Source: Mytilus trossulus (Eukaryota). Taken from it: a stretch of 64,000 nt of DNA. The notes beneath the pieces were generated by a model, which did no database searches, was not told the origin of the DNA, and worked only from the letters and a program-made list of their open reading frames with translations. Of the stretch, positions 27,763 to 42,081 are shown piece after piece. The stretch lies in assembly GCF_036588685.1 (NCBI RefSeq), contig NC_086376.1, forward strand, positions 73,201,630-73,265,629, in the 5' to 3' direction. Position numbers and translations under genes: made by a program. How positions within the stretch are numbered: position 1 is the stretch's first letter; each line of letters opens with the position of its first letter.

Positions 27763-29690
27763 TCAAAAACAGACAGGAGACATCATATGATGTTCTCTTT
27801 TACTTTGTCGAATTTTGCTTTTAGCTAACCACTCCAATGGTTTAGATTGGACGGAATTATTTTCGTATGAATTAAAATCTTTGTTTTGAATATCACTACT
27901 ATACTTTCCAGTTTTTAATTCAGTTTTCTCACCAACACAACTGTCTTCAACTAAATGAACCGATTTTTCGACTTTATTCTCATTCTGTGTTCTTTGCAAT
28001 GCGTTGTTATCTTTTATTTGTACTATTGACTCGTGTCCGGTAGCGGCTATTTCAACTTTGTCTGTTTTTGTGTGGCCTTCCGAACAATATAGCATCAATT
28101 TTTCTGGTGAAACAAGATAAAGTTTTGAGTTTACCAAGAACTCACGTAAGTTTATAGCACTTTTTGTACTTCGTAGTGCTGCGTTGGTCGAAGATTTTTG
28201 TGAAATCGATACTATATCGTTAGAATCGATATCGTCCGAGTGACAAATTCGGGAAATCACATTGTCTTTTATTTCTGAGTTGTTGTTATCGTTTGGGTGT
28301 TTTTCTTTATTTACATCATCTAAACTTGACCATCGTTTCGTTTGTTTTAAATCTTTGACCATCGATTGTTTATTCAATTTAGAAAATCGATCAATACATG
28401 ATTTATCTAGATGACTGCTTTTCCTTCTTATTTCATTTTTATTTTCATCCTTATAAGAAGCCCTAAGTTGAGATATTCCATTAAAACTGGACCTTCTTTT
28501 CATATATTGCGAGTCTTGAAACACTGAATTCTCAAATTTCACGCTTCTGTTTAATTCGTTAACATCCATTTTATTCTCTTTTTCCGTATATGTCGAATAT
28601 TCATCGCATCCATAAGGAAACATTTGTGCTACATCATGTAAACTAGACCTTCGTCTTACACAAGACAAATTTTGATGTACTTTATTTTTATCTGAATTGT
28701 GCATCACGGTATAGTTCTCTTTTCGGCCAATTCTTGTTTCTGTATTTTCTTCTTGCGTACATCGTTTGACTGATTTAACGTTAACATTATCAGATTTTGC
28801 AGTGAATCTTAGCTTTTCAACTTTCTTTGAAATTGAATGGTCCAAAGTACTTTTGTCTTTATCGTTATTGAATGGACTGCTTTCTTGTGGACTGCAAGAA
28901 TCATCAAACAAATCTGAAACATGATAAGTGTTTTAATGGACGTACTAGAATTTGATTTGTTTTTTCAATGATTAAAGACAACGTAATACACATATATACA
29001 TATTTATCATACGTTTAGTAGTAAATACAGTAGTTTTGCATATTTGATAAATAGCCTGCTGTTTAATCCATATCGCGCAACTTTGATGCGCACCCTTTAT
29101 CGCATACCCTTTATCACACCCCTACCCTTTATCGCATACCCTAAGGGCCCTTGGGCTGATATTGATGTCTCGGGATGATACAACATATGATACGGATTTG
29201 CCATGTATTATTCCCTATATAAAGAATCAATTTATGCACGTTTTAACAACTGGATCTCAATGTCGTAAACTAAGAATAAAATAGTTTAACCTATTTTGAT
29301 ACTTTTTTCTAGCAATCAATGTCTTTGATATAAATTTATATAAAAATGTTATATATTAGATTGAAACTTCTGATATTGTTTTTTTTAGTATACTGTATGT
29401 TCATAATTCATTTTCATTGTAACACTAAGAAAAGGTCCACAAAATTAACCCTAATGTTAGTTAATTCACAATCTACAAAATACAAGCATTATCTCCATCA
29501 ACTATATACCTTCATTTTCTTCTGTAATTGTTTCCCCGAACCTTTCGAGAGCTGAGTACAAGTTGTATGGTCTAGAGGAATTTTGAAGATCTGATATCAC
29601 GAAACCGTCATCAGATTCTTCATCAAAGAAACTTTTTCCATTGGAATGTGGGATGGTTCCTTGAAGTGCATTTCTCTTGTTAAAATACAT
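27763..29690 (-). CDS. Uncharacterised, probably disordered Ser/Lys/Asn-rich protein (~443 aa), copy 1; coding exons 29690-29510 and 28913-27763
   Basis: ATG at 29690; donor G|GTATAT and acceptor TTTCAG| join in frame (phase 1); probable 5'UTR intron 30717-29723 (GTAAGT..TTTGCAG); colinear similarity to the ORF at 60346-61200. Confidence 0.7.
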
Positions 29691-31406
29691 CGTAACAGTT
29701 CACAAGCTGGTTCAAAATAAGTCTGCAAATATAAAATTTTCTATGAACACTACAAAAAGCAAGATTGAACTTGCTCTTTAACTTGAACTGAAGACTGTCT
29801 TTCAAGTTTGTAATTTGAAATTCAAAATTAGACGTCCTAATATTACTTATCCAAATTCATACGTCGATAAACCGATGACAAAACACGAAAACAAAACAAA
29901 TAGACAAATAACAATCCACAAAACCGAAAGTCTGAGCAACACATACATAACCACGACAACTTGAACAGATTTCAAGTGCTTCAGAAGGATAGAGAGATCC
30001 TGATCAACATGAGTAAATGACTACACAACCTACTGACTGAATGCAGACTATAGAGACGTTTAAAAGAATTGCTGGTCATCAATTGGAGTAAACAAAGAGC
30101 ATAAATTATCATTTTCATCGCCTATGACATGTGTCATTTAGGATTGAAAAGAGCAGTAGCAGTGTCTGTAAGTTGAGAACAAAGAAGCAACAAGTGTTGT
30201 GGCTAAATAGAATATTGTACGCAAAAAGACTTAATAACTTGTGTTCTCCCTACATATATATAGCTATGGCGTTGTCAGTTTATTTCGTTCTATCAGTTTG
30301 ACTGCACCTCTGGTATCTTTCGCCCCTCTTTTTTTGAATTTTTTGTCACATGATATTAGGCAGACACCATCTGAAAGGTCGACCTCATGGTTATGATGTT
30401 ACAACGTACGAGTTCTCCTTTCCAAATTCGGTACTGGCGACACAAATAAGTGGCCTCTTAATCATCGTTATCAATTATTTAAAAATCAACACCGAGTCTG
30501 TTTTAAATATAAATAGTTAGTGGAGTCGTACATGGGTCAATTTCAAAAACTATTCTTATTTTGAGGCAGATCCTCATATCAAACTCGAAATTGTGTACAA
30601 ATTCAAACATACTACGCATAAAATTTAAAAACGGGTAAAAACGTATTATTGTTAACGCATAGTTAATTTATGACTTTTTAATTTCTGATACTAATAATTA
30701 AAATTCATTTCACTTACCAAAGTTATGGTTAACAATCATATTCATGTATATAAAAAATGATTGGTGGTTTCCTCAACAGGTGAATATTGTCCCAAAACAA
30801 AAACCAAAATGTCCCACAGAGTTTCGACCCAACACAAATATAATAAAAGTCATATTGTAAATATGGTTAAATTGTGGCATGATCACATTTAACCTTGCAT
30901 AACCTTTAGATTGTTTACTAAACATGACATGTTTTTACGATCTAATTATATTCTGAAATAACAAATGGATAAAGGTCGTCATTGCTATACAACATGTCTC
31001 GGTACAACCAGAAGTTTGTTAGACAGGAATTTACGGAATTGTCTATTTTTGTCCTTCAGTATTCCAAAATATTCAACATCCCCAATTGCGCATGTTTTTA
31101 GACAACAAGTCGAAGGTTTGCAACTAGTCCAGAATAGTTTTTATTTTTTAAAGTTGTTAGATGTTAGATGTTAGAAATTGTTTTGAAAGATTTTACTGAA
31201 CAAACAATCAAGTTGTGAAAGTGTGAACACCCCAAAACTAAGCTTCTTACACGTTTGTTAACATCGGTCCATGTAATTTATTTCAAAACTTTAATCCTAC
31301 ATTATAACAACAAAATATAAATGTAAATTTAAAATGCTTGTTGCCATGTCTTCAATATTATCAATAGATTTGCATTAAAAACATGTTCTATAATATTTAA
31401 ACCTAC

Positions 31407-31438
<32 letters not shown>

Positions 31439-31464
31439 TCTTTTCTAGATATAGGATTTTGATT

Positions 31465-31592
31465 GATTTGGTTTTTTTATGTTTTAACGCCACTTTGGAG
31501 ACCCGCATTTAGGCTATTTCGTGGCGTCCAGTTTTTATTAGTGAAGAAGCCGGAGTGTCCTGAGAAAACCACCGTACTTCGATAGGAAAACT
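31465..31592 (-). mobile_element. SINE 3' fragment (Deu/Nin-domain-like), also at 45784-45911
   Basis: TTTAACGCCAC..GGCTATTTCGTGGCG..GAAGCCGGAGTGTCCTGAGAAAACCACCG resembles the mollusc SINE conserved domain; adjacent T-rich tract. Confidence 0.5.
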
Positions 31593-32157
31593 TGATATAG
31601 CGGAAGATGTGGTATGGGTGCCAATGAGACAACTCTCAATCCAAGTGACAATTTATAGAGGTAAATAATTATAGGTCATGGTACGGTCTTCAACACGGAG
31701 CAAAGGTTAACATCGAACAAGAAGCTATAAAGGGTCACAAAATTACTAGTGTAAAACCATTTAAACGGGGAAACATACGGTCTAATCTATATAAAAAAAC
31801 GAAAAACACTTATGAACTACATAAAACATATTCGACATTATACTACAACGGATTTGCAGGTGTTAATCTAAACGTGTATAAGAGAGTTGGTCAATTTTTG
31901 TTGATAAAATAATGTTAATCCTTTTCAGATAGCAATAAAAGTCAATAAGAAATAACATTTCTTTTTATGATAAACCATGAAAAGAAAGAAGATGGTATCA
32001 TTACCGAGATGATTGTTTATTTCAATATAATTTAGATCACCTTGAAACTTGAGGTAAAGTGGTATCGATTTTTTTGTGAAAACTTTGCAAAAATGTAGTC
32101 ACTGCATATGGATAACAAATACTTTGTCTCATTTCTGGGTTTATTTGATTGTTATAA

Positions 32158-35100
32158 GGCCACACCAATTTGATTACTTGTTCGACGGACCCGCGCGCAC
32201 GTGTTTTTTTCTAAACAGAAAAAAAATATTTTTTTTATTTTCCCGCTTCCCGCATCCGGAAACAAAATCGTGTCTTTTTCCCGCATCGGTTTTTTCGAAA
32301 AAATTTATAAAAACTCAATTAAATCGCCAAAGTGTTTTAGTCCACGGCAAATCGCAATGATTTTACTGTTTATATCTAAAACACAGATTTCTTATCACAG
32401 TCAAAAACAAATAATTTCAACAAGTATCATGCCGATTTTTGTGGTAAGAATTAAGGACTCACAAGGAGGGGAGGTGTTGCCGTCCACGGCAATATCGTTT
32501 GCCGGTGGCAGTTTTGTTGAACTCTTTACGTATTGCGTCGGAATTAAAAAACTCAGCCTTTCATCTGACAATGTAACAGCAGTGTACTTGAAAGAGAGTA
32601 TGAAGTCAGACCACATAGCGGCCGATAACGCTGACATGGACGTTTTGGATCTAACCACAGCATTGGGTTGTAAGTTTGTTGAGTATATTATACGTAGATC
32701 TGCATGTCCTGAATCTAGCACTTGTACTAATATTATAAATAACATTGCTTCAGCTTCAAATAATTTACCCAGTAGGCCTAGCACAAATGCATTTAGTATA
32801 CTTATGGGGAATAGGTGTAAAGTTGTTTTACCAGACAAACCTAAGACAGATGGTGCCAAGAAACTTTCTGGCCCTCAAAGACTTTTATGTCATGTAATTG
32901 ACCTAATGGAGTCCAAAGGATGTGGCTGGACTGTAGATTGCCTGGATACAGCTAACTTTGTTGCAAAGTCATTAAGAGACACATTGTGGTACATCGACCA
33001 TGCCCATAAAAAACTATCAGATAGTGCTTGTCATGTTCCAAAGATCTTTGATAAATTTCAGGGTTATAATGAGTTCAAAAAGATACATCATCGACCCCCC
33101 ATCATCACATCTCAAAGATTAAATGAGCTCTCTGTTGACTTGTCAAAATCATTATCATTTCCCTCCATTTTATCTTCAAGGAATAAAAAATTCAGTGATG
33201 ACATAGAACAACTTCTGGAATGCATAACTAAATACAAAACACGTTTAGACAAGGACAATATTCAACATAAAGAGTCGTATCAGTCAGGTGACACACCAAG
33301 GCGTTCTCTTGAATCCGATACATCTTTGAAATACATACCTCCAACTACTGAGAGTCGTGAGTCCTATGGAACATTACAATCTGACCTTAATAAAATTGAT
33401 GACTATAGATTTGTTGACCTTGATAAATATGCACCTGAAGATAGGGTTAAAAGAAGGATGTTCATAAAAAATCTAGAAATTGAAGTACCCATAATGTTGT
33501 ATAGAATGGCTTATGGTGGCTCCATTGGAACCTTAAATTTTATATGGAAGGTACCAGAGGAACAGAGTAGTTATCGTGAAACAAGAAATGTCAAAATTGT
33601 AAATAAGATAAACGCAACATTGCCCAAGTTTTCCACTAGGTCTATGCGCAGAGATTTTTTAAACAGATATTGTAAACTTGTAAAATCACCTAGGTCTGTA
33701 TTGAGAAATATTTTTTTTGAGTTAACTGGTTGTGAAGCTGTATCTGAAACCAAGGAGCAAGCAGAAGTTGATGAGCGCGTAACTGAACTATTGCTTAATA
33801 GTGATGATTCAAACCTACTCCTTGATTATAGGACACTGAATGGAAAAGATATTGATACCAAATTTGGGACATTTTTCGAGGAAATGGGTAAATTTTTTGA
33901 TGAACAGATTCTTCAGGTAAATGAAAGGCGACGAGGTCAGGAGCTATATTTACCAATGGCTATCTCATTGGAAGATCTAAGAAACCAGATCGTGAAACGA
34001 TTGCCTAATGACACACCTATACCTTGTACAGAAACTATAAGATTACAATTCCAACCAAACAGCGCTTTTCAAAAATCAGCATTAAAATACTCATGTAGAT
34101 TTAATGTAAAATTCCGTGTTCAGACAAGACAAGCAAGAGTTTCGCACCCAGATGCAAGATATGTTGCCACATCATTAAAATATCTCAAAGAGTTCTGTGT
34201 AAAAAACAGGAAGTATTCCACATTTGTTTGTTTAGATGACAAAGCTATTGTTCCGGTTGGAGAACCTGGTGTACCAATTAGCACTGGAGTTCGTGGTCAC
34301 AACAAAGTGCTTGCTCCAGCAGATGGTCCGAAATTAGTAGCCACAGATCACGATTTTCATCTTGGTGGCCTTGTTCCCTCTGTGGCTTTTGTAAGCGATA
34401 TTCCAAAGAACTCAAATGATAGCTTCTTCAATGGACATATATATGTTACAACTAAAGATAAAGTTTTCCAAGCATCTACACCTTATCGTCATGCAACTGA
34501 GCTAACAAGAATTTTAAGAGAGAACTACTCTGATGATGATGTCAATCTAGAAACACCCATACTATGTTTAATGACAGATGGAGGTCCTGATCATAGGGTA
34601 ACTTTCGGGACTGTCCAGCTATCACTGATTCAGCTATTTATCGCATTAGATCTAGATATGCTCATAGCATTAAGAACAGCACCGAATCACAGCTGGATGA
34701 ATCCAGCAGAGCGTTGTATGTCAATTTTAAATTTATCCCTGCAACATTGTGCACTTTCAAGGAAAGAGATGCCTGAGACCTTTGAAAAAGCAGTTAAACA
34801 CAAGTCCACTCTTACAGCTGTCAGAAACTTGGCCTTCATAAAAACTGGGTTCAGAGAGGCTTATGATGAATCTATCAAAAGTGTTATTGATATAGTTAAC
34901 TCTAGATTTGAGAGGATGAGATTTAAGGATGATTACCTCACAACTTATAAAGGAGTCACAGAAAACCAGATCATGGATGCTCTTGAAGTGGTTTGCCAGG
35001 TCTTGAATAAAGAATTAAAGGTAGACATGTCTAGTGGAGAATTGCGCAAGGTTAAACAAGTGCAGGTAATTTTTGAAGCGTTTTCTCATAGAGAAGATTT

Positions 35101-38100
35101 TTATATACCTGTCATTTACTAGGGATGCGTTGCAGAAAAATGATAAAACACGGACTAGACTGTCCCTTACATTGTTATTAACAGTGTAAATTTATATTTT
35201 ATATATATATATATAATACTTGATACATGTACAGTATATGAGTAGACCAAATAGTAATTTAATTTATAGATTCTCATCTACATGACCAGAACAAAATGAT
35301 GCAAGTTGCAGTCTAACTTTTATTGATTTGGTGCCAATTGCTTTAAATATTGTCATTAATTAAATAGCTTATTAATTGATGATTGAATACAGTTTATTTT
35401 CAAATTTGGATGTAAAAATGATGGATAGGGATGAGAATCTACATATTAAATTGATTTTATAGCTTTATGCTTCTTTTAAATAGTATAGTATAACTAAATA
35501 AACATGACATTAAATAGCTAGTGTAATATACCCATATCTTTAGCACTGCATTCATGTATACACTCTTTATGTCATACAATCATATATGTCAGGCATGTGA
35601 TCCAACATTTTATTCATATATACATTTTATACATGTACTGCATATTATATTGATCACTTCTGTTAAGATTTAAGATGCTTATATATAATACTACTATGCG
35701 TTCATACCATATACAGCTCATGCAGCTCACACTTCTAATTTACTATCACAACAAACCGCAAAATATGTTATTTGATGTCAATAGTCTAGGATAAGATAAT
35801 TAAAAAAAACAAAAACAATACTGATACTTGTACTTTAGACTTATGATACTCAATTGTTTTGTTCAATGGCAACATGCATAAAAATACATGAACAAAATAA
35901 AAGTTCAATCATCTTTTTTAAAAAGATGTTCTTGAATTCTCATATTCAACACCATTTTTATTTCTATAAAATTATCATTGAGTTCCCAAGGGTCACCTCT
36001 GACTGCTTATACTTATCTAGATAGGTTAGTTACTCTAAGACTTTAATATGCACATTGTTCATGCTACCTATTTATGTTTCATTTGAATAATATGAGGTTT
36101 TTTTCTTTACACAACTTCAGGATTTTATAGCCCGGCATGGAAGGAGCAGTCATTATGCATTCCAGCTGAAAAAGTGCAATGATTGTCCTTACTGTGAAAT
36201 CAACCCCCCAAGGATACCAGAGGACAAATTTCAGGACCTGCATTTCCTACCCAACCCTGTGCCTGGAGAAAACAACCAATATAAGTCTTTCTCAGAGGTC
36301 AGTAAAGGATGTACATGTAGTTAAGAATATGTGACAAGGACTACATTCATGATCTTACATGATTAAAAAAAAAAGTATAAACATGATAAATACATGTCAG
36401 AAAGACAGCAATTCACAACTTTCAAAGAAAATATATAAGAAACTAAACTATGTGTGATTTGTTTTTCTGGATTAACCTTCATCAGACATACATGTACTAA
36501 TGGTCAATTCCTATTGACACAGCAAACCTAAACTTAATATAGTCTCATGTCAGACAATGTCAATGTTTTAACAACAAAAGAAATAACACAATATGACAGT
36601 ATTATACTATAAAGTAATCTGACAAAGGGTTCTTGTATTTATGAATATCCTAAGTAAAATAATTTCATACTGCACCAACTTGTCAATGCATTATTTATCC
36701 ATGCCAAGAAATTAGCTTTTCTATGAAGTAAATTCATTTTATATATTACAGCTTTATGGACAAAATACTGGAGAGGAACAACACAGACCGGGGGCGGCAC
36801 ATAAAGCAGAAGAGAATGAAAATGATAAACAACGTAGAGATTTATTCAAAAACAACAAAGTCCGAGAAGTAATTTTGTGCAGTGAATGCTCAAAACCACG
36901 CTGTATTTTCAGTGAAAAGAAATTGTCCAGGGAACAGGTATTATACCTTTCATACTGCAGGTGTTTTTTTTACATCGATGACACCTATAATATAATCATC
37001 AGAATATTTTTATACATTCTTAAGATGTATAGATGTCCTACAAGGTCTTTACATATACACAATATAAAAAAAAATTGTGGTATGAGACATCTCTTTTCAT
37101 TGAAGGGACCAAATGACACAGAAATTATTAATTGTAGAACACTACAGTCTTCAACAATGAGCAAGGCCCATAACACATAGTCAGTACAAATGTAACTTTA
37201 CACAAGGTTTTTCAATAACCAATTGTATTAAACCATATGTCTTGGTTCTCTGACTTGGTTAAGGTTTTAATGTTTTCATATCTCTGACTCAGTAACAAGG
37301 TGACAAAGACTTCAAAGTAATTCTTGCATACAAAAAACTGGGTTCGTATTTAATGAAGATTCTCTATGTTTAATATAATGTTTTACATGTTATTTATTCT
37401 TAATATTATAGAAGAGATTTGTTCTTTTTTTAGTATGTGTAAGCTTTACTATGATATACTGGTATTCTTAGGATGTGGTCAATTATAAAGCATTGTGATA
37501 TTTTCATTTCAATTTTTATCATTTCAGGATGAACTGATTCTCAGATTAAAAGAAGATTCCTTTTACACATGTGGTGGGGCTTTGGTCCAAGATGACTCAG
37601 AAACTGTTGACATTGTTGTTAGAGAGGCACTGGCATGTAATTCACCAATTGAAACGACATATTACAGTGCCTCACTAAAGCACTATCTTCCCCCTGTGTG
37701 TGTTCATTGCGGAACAGCTGAGGACCTCCTAGATGATAATAACCCGTATATATCAGCACTCTACGAACAATATTCTGTCGTACGACCTCTATGTGAAGTG
37801 TGTAGAAATTCAGGAAAGGACACAAAAACATGGGGAAAAAAATTTGTTGGGAAAAAGGCAAAGCATTAACTTTGTAAGCTGGGGCATCCATTGTGTAAAT
37901 TTGTTTGATATCAGAGATAAATTAAACAATTGCACTCATTTAGATATTTTTTATTCTGCATGTAAATTATACCATTGGTTTTCCTATTTGAATTGGTTAA
38001 CACTAGTAATTGTTGGGCCCTTTTAGTTTGCTGTTTCGTATGAGACTAGGCTTTGGATTGAATGCTGTATGTTGACATATATAATAGTTAACTTTAAATA

Positions 38101-38792
38101 CATTGTATTGTACTTTGTCTAGGCTTTGGATTGAAGGCTGTATGTTGACAAATAATTGTTAACTTTAAATACATTGTATTGTACTTTGATTGAGAGTTGT
38201 CTCATTGGCACTTGTACTACATCCTATTTATATCAACAGGACAAAAAGATAACACCAAAAACAATGGAGACACAGAAAACCAACATTTAATACAAAAAAA
38301 ATGAAAGTACAACCATTAATGAACAGCATGAACCCCAAAAACTGGGTAAACTCAGGTTTTCGGAAAGGATGAACAGTTCCTGCTTCTTGCAAGACACTGC
38401 TGTGTTTCTAGCGGCATCATGTAGATAATTTATAAGGCAGTTGAAGTTATTCATTTATTCAGTTCAAGATCTGATATCATCATGATCATCAAAAAGTAAT
38501 GGTATTAAATACAAGAAGTCATAAATATGCTGAAATAAAATGTGAGGCAGTTGAGAAATTTAGCAAATATCAATGTAAAAGTGGTAATTCTAGTTTCAAA
38601 CCATTTTATTTTTGTCAGAACCTTTGATTTTATGTTTACAAAAAAAAAGTTAATCGCTCGCCTCTACTTTTTAAGCTTCGCCTCAAAAAATTTCAATTTC
38701 ATTTTTTTTTTATTAAAATTTTCAAATCGCTCGCTCGCCCCAATTTCTGGAGTGGAAAAATCCGTAGAACAAGAAATTAAATTGGTGTGGCC
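32158..38792 (+). mobile_element. Zator-like transposon copy 2 (hybrid flanks TAA / TTA)
   Basis: Matches copy 1 at +14,319; left flank equals the copy-3 left flank and right flank equals the copy-1 right flank. Confidence 0.9.
32429..37869 (+). CDS. Zator-type transposase copy 2; exons 32429-35065, 36121-36297, 36752-36937, 37528-37869
   Basis: Translation identical to copy 1. Confidence 0.85.
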
Positions 38793-41700
38793 TTAGTATC
38801 GTTCTAATGAGTTAAGCCTTTTTCAACTTTTTTTTTATTATATTTTTGAAACTATATTTATTTCGATTTGGAATATCTTCGCTAGCCAAAAGTAACGATC
38901 AGCTCCCCTCCTCCTGGAGAGGAGGATAGTGGATCGTAACCCTTGGCTAGAACGCGGGTGCACTCCAGATATAAAAATTGTTTACATGCTACACACAAGA
39001 TTTTCAAATATTTTCCATATACAATTGCAAACTGTTGGAATACAGGTATATAGAAGCTGCACGGTAGATCTAAAATTGTTTACATGTTACAACTCAACCA
39101 GCTAGCTGAAGTTCAAACATAAAATCATCCCCTTTCCTAGAAATTTGACAAATGTTCTAAGGTCTTCAAGACGGAAGGACAGACTGATGTAGTCGAATGG
39201 CGTTAGCAACGCAGGTGCAAATTGTAATCAGTCAGCTATGAGTTATGGCTCTTTGGTCGACGATCAAAACCCTCCTAGTTGGCAAAAAGTGTTTAAAATT
39301 CATAAATTTCAGTAAATTGTCATATTTTTGATCCATTTTGCAACATTTTTAAAGTATCATTCCCTTCCTTTATGCCTGAAGATATTGAGTTGAACATCTC
39401 ATCATCTGTTATTCTTTGAAAGCTTTTCATTATTAAATCTCTATGGTATTTTTTTCTATATCATTCATAATCATTGTATTACATATCTGTGCTGTTATGG
39501 GAATAACACTGTTCTCATATATACATCACAATTCGAAAACGTTTCTAATTCTTTCTACATTGCTGAATTGAATGTAAAGAAAGTAAGTATCTTTACATAT
39601 ACCTATATACACGTATCTTAAAAATTAGTAATAACCCGATTTTTATCAAAAATTTCTTAAGTGTTCTTTTTTTTCAAATTCACAAATCAATCAGACAACG
39701 TTAACCATAGATAGACTTCAAAAAGGTATGACAATAATACCAAACGCCAAGGCAAATTAAAAAATAGGGGGAAGGCCATAAAAGTTTACTGACAAAATCA
39801 AAAGCAAACGTGACTTTATAAACTTTAAAATAAGAATTTACAACTGTCACCGGATTTGTACTTACCGATCCCCGAAATTAAAATACAGTCTGTTAATTGC
39901 GTCAATTTAACTTTTGAACAGCCGTATACTACAGTTGAATTTATTTACACTAAATCCATCATCGAATGTTGGATGTGTACTGATTGATATTTATGTCTTA
40001 GATACATGTTATTGACTTTGAATTATGCTGTTAGAAACTGCAAGTACTCTCAGACTTGTACTTTGTGTTTCTTTATTGTTTGAGACCGATATATTCTGAT
40101 GAGTTAAGTTTGTACCCAACACCTTCACTAAAATTAATTTGGCTCGTTCATAAAATTTCAACAAAGTATTTACTTTGACCCTTTGACAAAAATATAAAAA
40201 TTTCAAAAAATTTAAACCAACCAATTTATCAGAAAAATTACACTGGTTATATAGCAGTTTGACAAACAATAATTTTGATCATTGAGAAGCTTAATATTCC
40301 CTCAACAACACAACGGAATTAAAACGTTTAGCTGATTTTACAGAGTTATCTCCCTGTAGTGTTAGGTACCACCTTAATGCTTTTTCACCTGATATTTATA
40401 GGTTGTTATCAAATTGTAATAAGTTATCAAAGGTACCAGGAATGATTATAATTCAATACGCCAGACGTGCGTTCAGTGACGCTCAGATCAAACAATTATA
40501 AAGCCAAACAAGTACAATGTTGAAGAGCATTTAGGATAAAAAATTCCAAAAGTTGTGCCAAATACGACTTAGGTTGTTCTGAAGCACCACTGTCTCAGAG
40601 TTTGTCCAAAGCCATGATGAGGTAGTTCAGTGGTTTTTGTTGGTTTATGTATGTAATATGTGTTTTTCGTAAATTATTTTGATATAAATTAGACTATACG
40701 ATATTGTTGAAGGCTTTAAGATTGTATTGATTGCTTACATTCACTTCATTTGAACTTTGGTGGGTAACGTGACGGTACCTAATTTGCACCTATTTTATCA
40801 TTTTTCTCTCACCTTTTTGTATGATCTAGACAAAAGTTTCCATGTTGTGTTTTTTATAGATGTATTATTGTTTACTATATAATCACAGCAATTCAATTTT
40901 GAATCCATATTGAATCATACCCTAATTGCATCCATGTTTAAATTTACACACTTAAAAATTGCATAACAAATGTTATTTCCTTTTCTTCAAATATTTAGAA
41001 CAATTTGACATTAGTCCATGTATATGTATATATAAATATTAAGTGTTAAGTCCCAAATAAAAACGTGTAAGATTTCTACAGCTATTTTTGTGGAATAGGT
41101 GCAATTTAGGTACTGTAACGTTAGTTGTATTGTTGGTAACCATACCAAAATCTTCTTAATTTCATAAAGCTTACACAATATCATTGTGAATAAATTACTA
41201 ATTGTTTTTTGTTGTTATTGCTATTTTTTGTATTTCTTGTCAAAGATGATGATTAGTGCAGCTTTAAAAATATATTAGAACCAATGATCATGGTTATGTA
41301 CATTTTATTATAATAAGCATAGAAATGTTATCATATGATAGAAAAAAGCTAAGATTTTGGCAATCAAACAAGAAAAGACAAGGTATCACAGCAATTATGA
41401 TTGCCAAACAAATGCAGTGACAAGATAGCATTTGATGACAGAAAAATAAACGCAATTAAGATCATTATATTTCTTGGCCTAAAGATCTTCTAAAAGTGTG
41501 GACTGCATCTGTAAAATTTTTGGACAATGACACTCACTGTTTTCTAATTGCTCTTTTTTTTTAAAGTTGAAATATTGATATATTCCCTCTGTGTAAATCA
41601 GATGTAATCTACTCATATAATCAAGACTAACGTTTCTTAGATAGAAGAGTATAACATTGCATCGAATACATATACACTAATAGGGTTCAAATTCGACTAC

Positions 41701-42081
41701 AAAAGTCCTTGTCGAAGTCTTATCGAACTAAAAGTACTGTTCTATTTATAACACGAGTAACCTTGAAATAAGGTTTATTGTAATCCTTCAATAGATTTAA
41801 AAGAACAGAATGTTATCGAATTAAGTTTACATGTAAAGATCAGGGTTAAATGAAATAGTCCTGATGATGTGCCGTGTAGCAGTTCAATTTTCGTTTTTGA
41901 AAAAGTCCATAAAAGTATACATATAAATTGCTATCTGGGTTATATTTGGTGTTGGATTTATAGCCATATCTGAAGACCTATAGCTGGATTATAAAGAGAC
42001 TTTAAGCTATAAAAATAAGGCATACAATATAAGTATAATTTAATTAATGAGTCATTTAAATTTAATTCAACAATAAAATAT

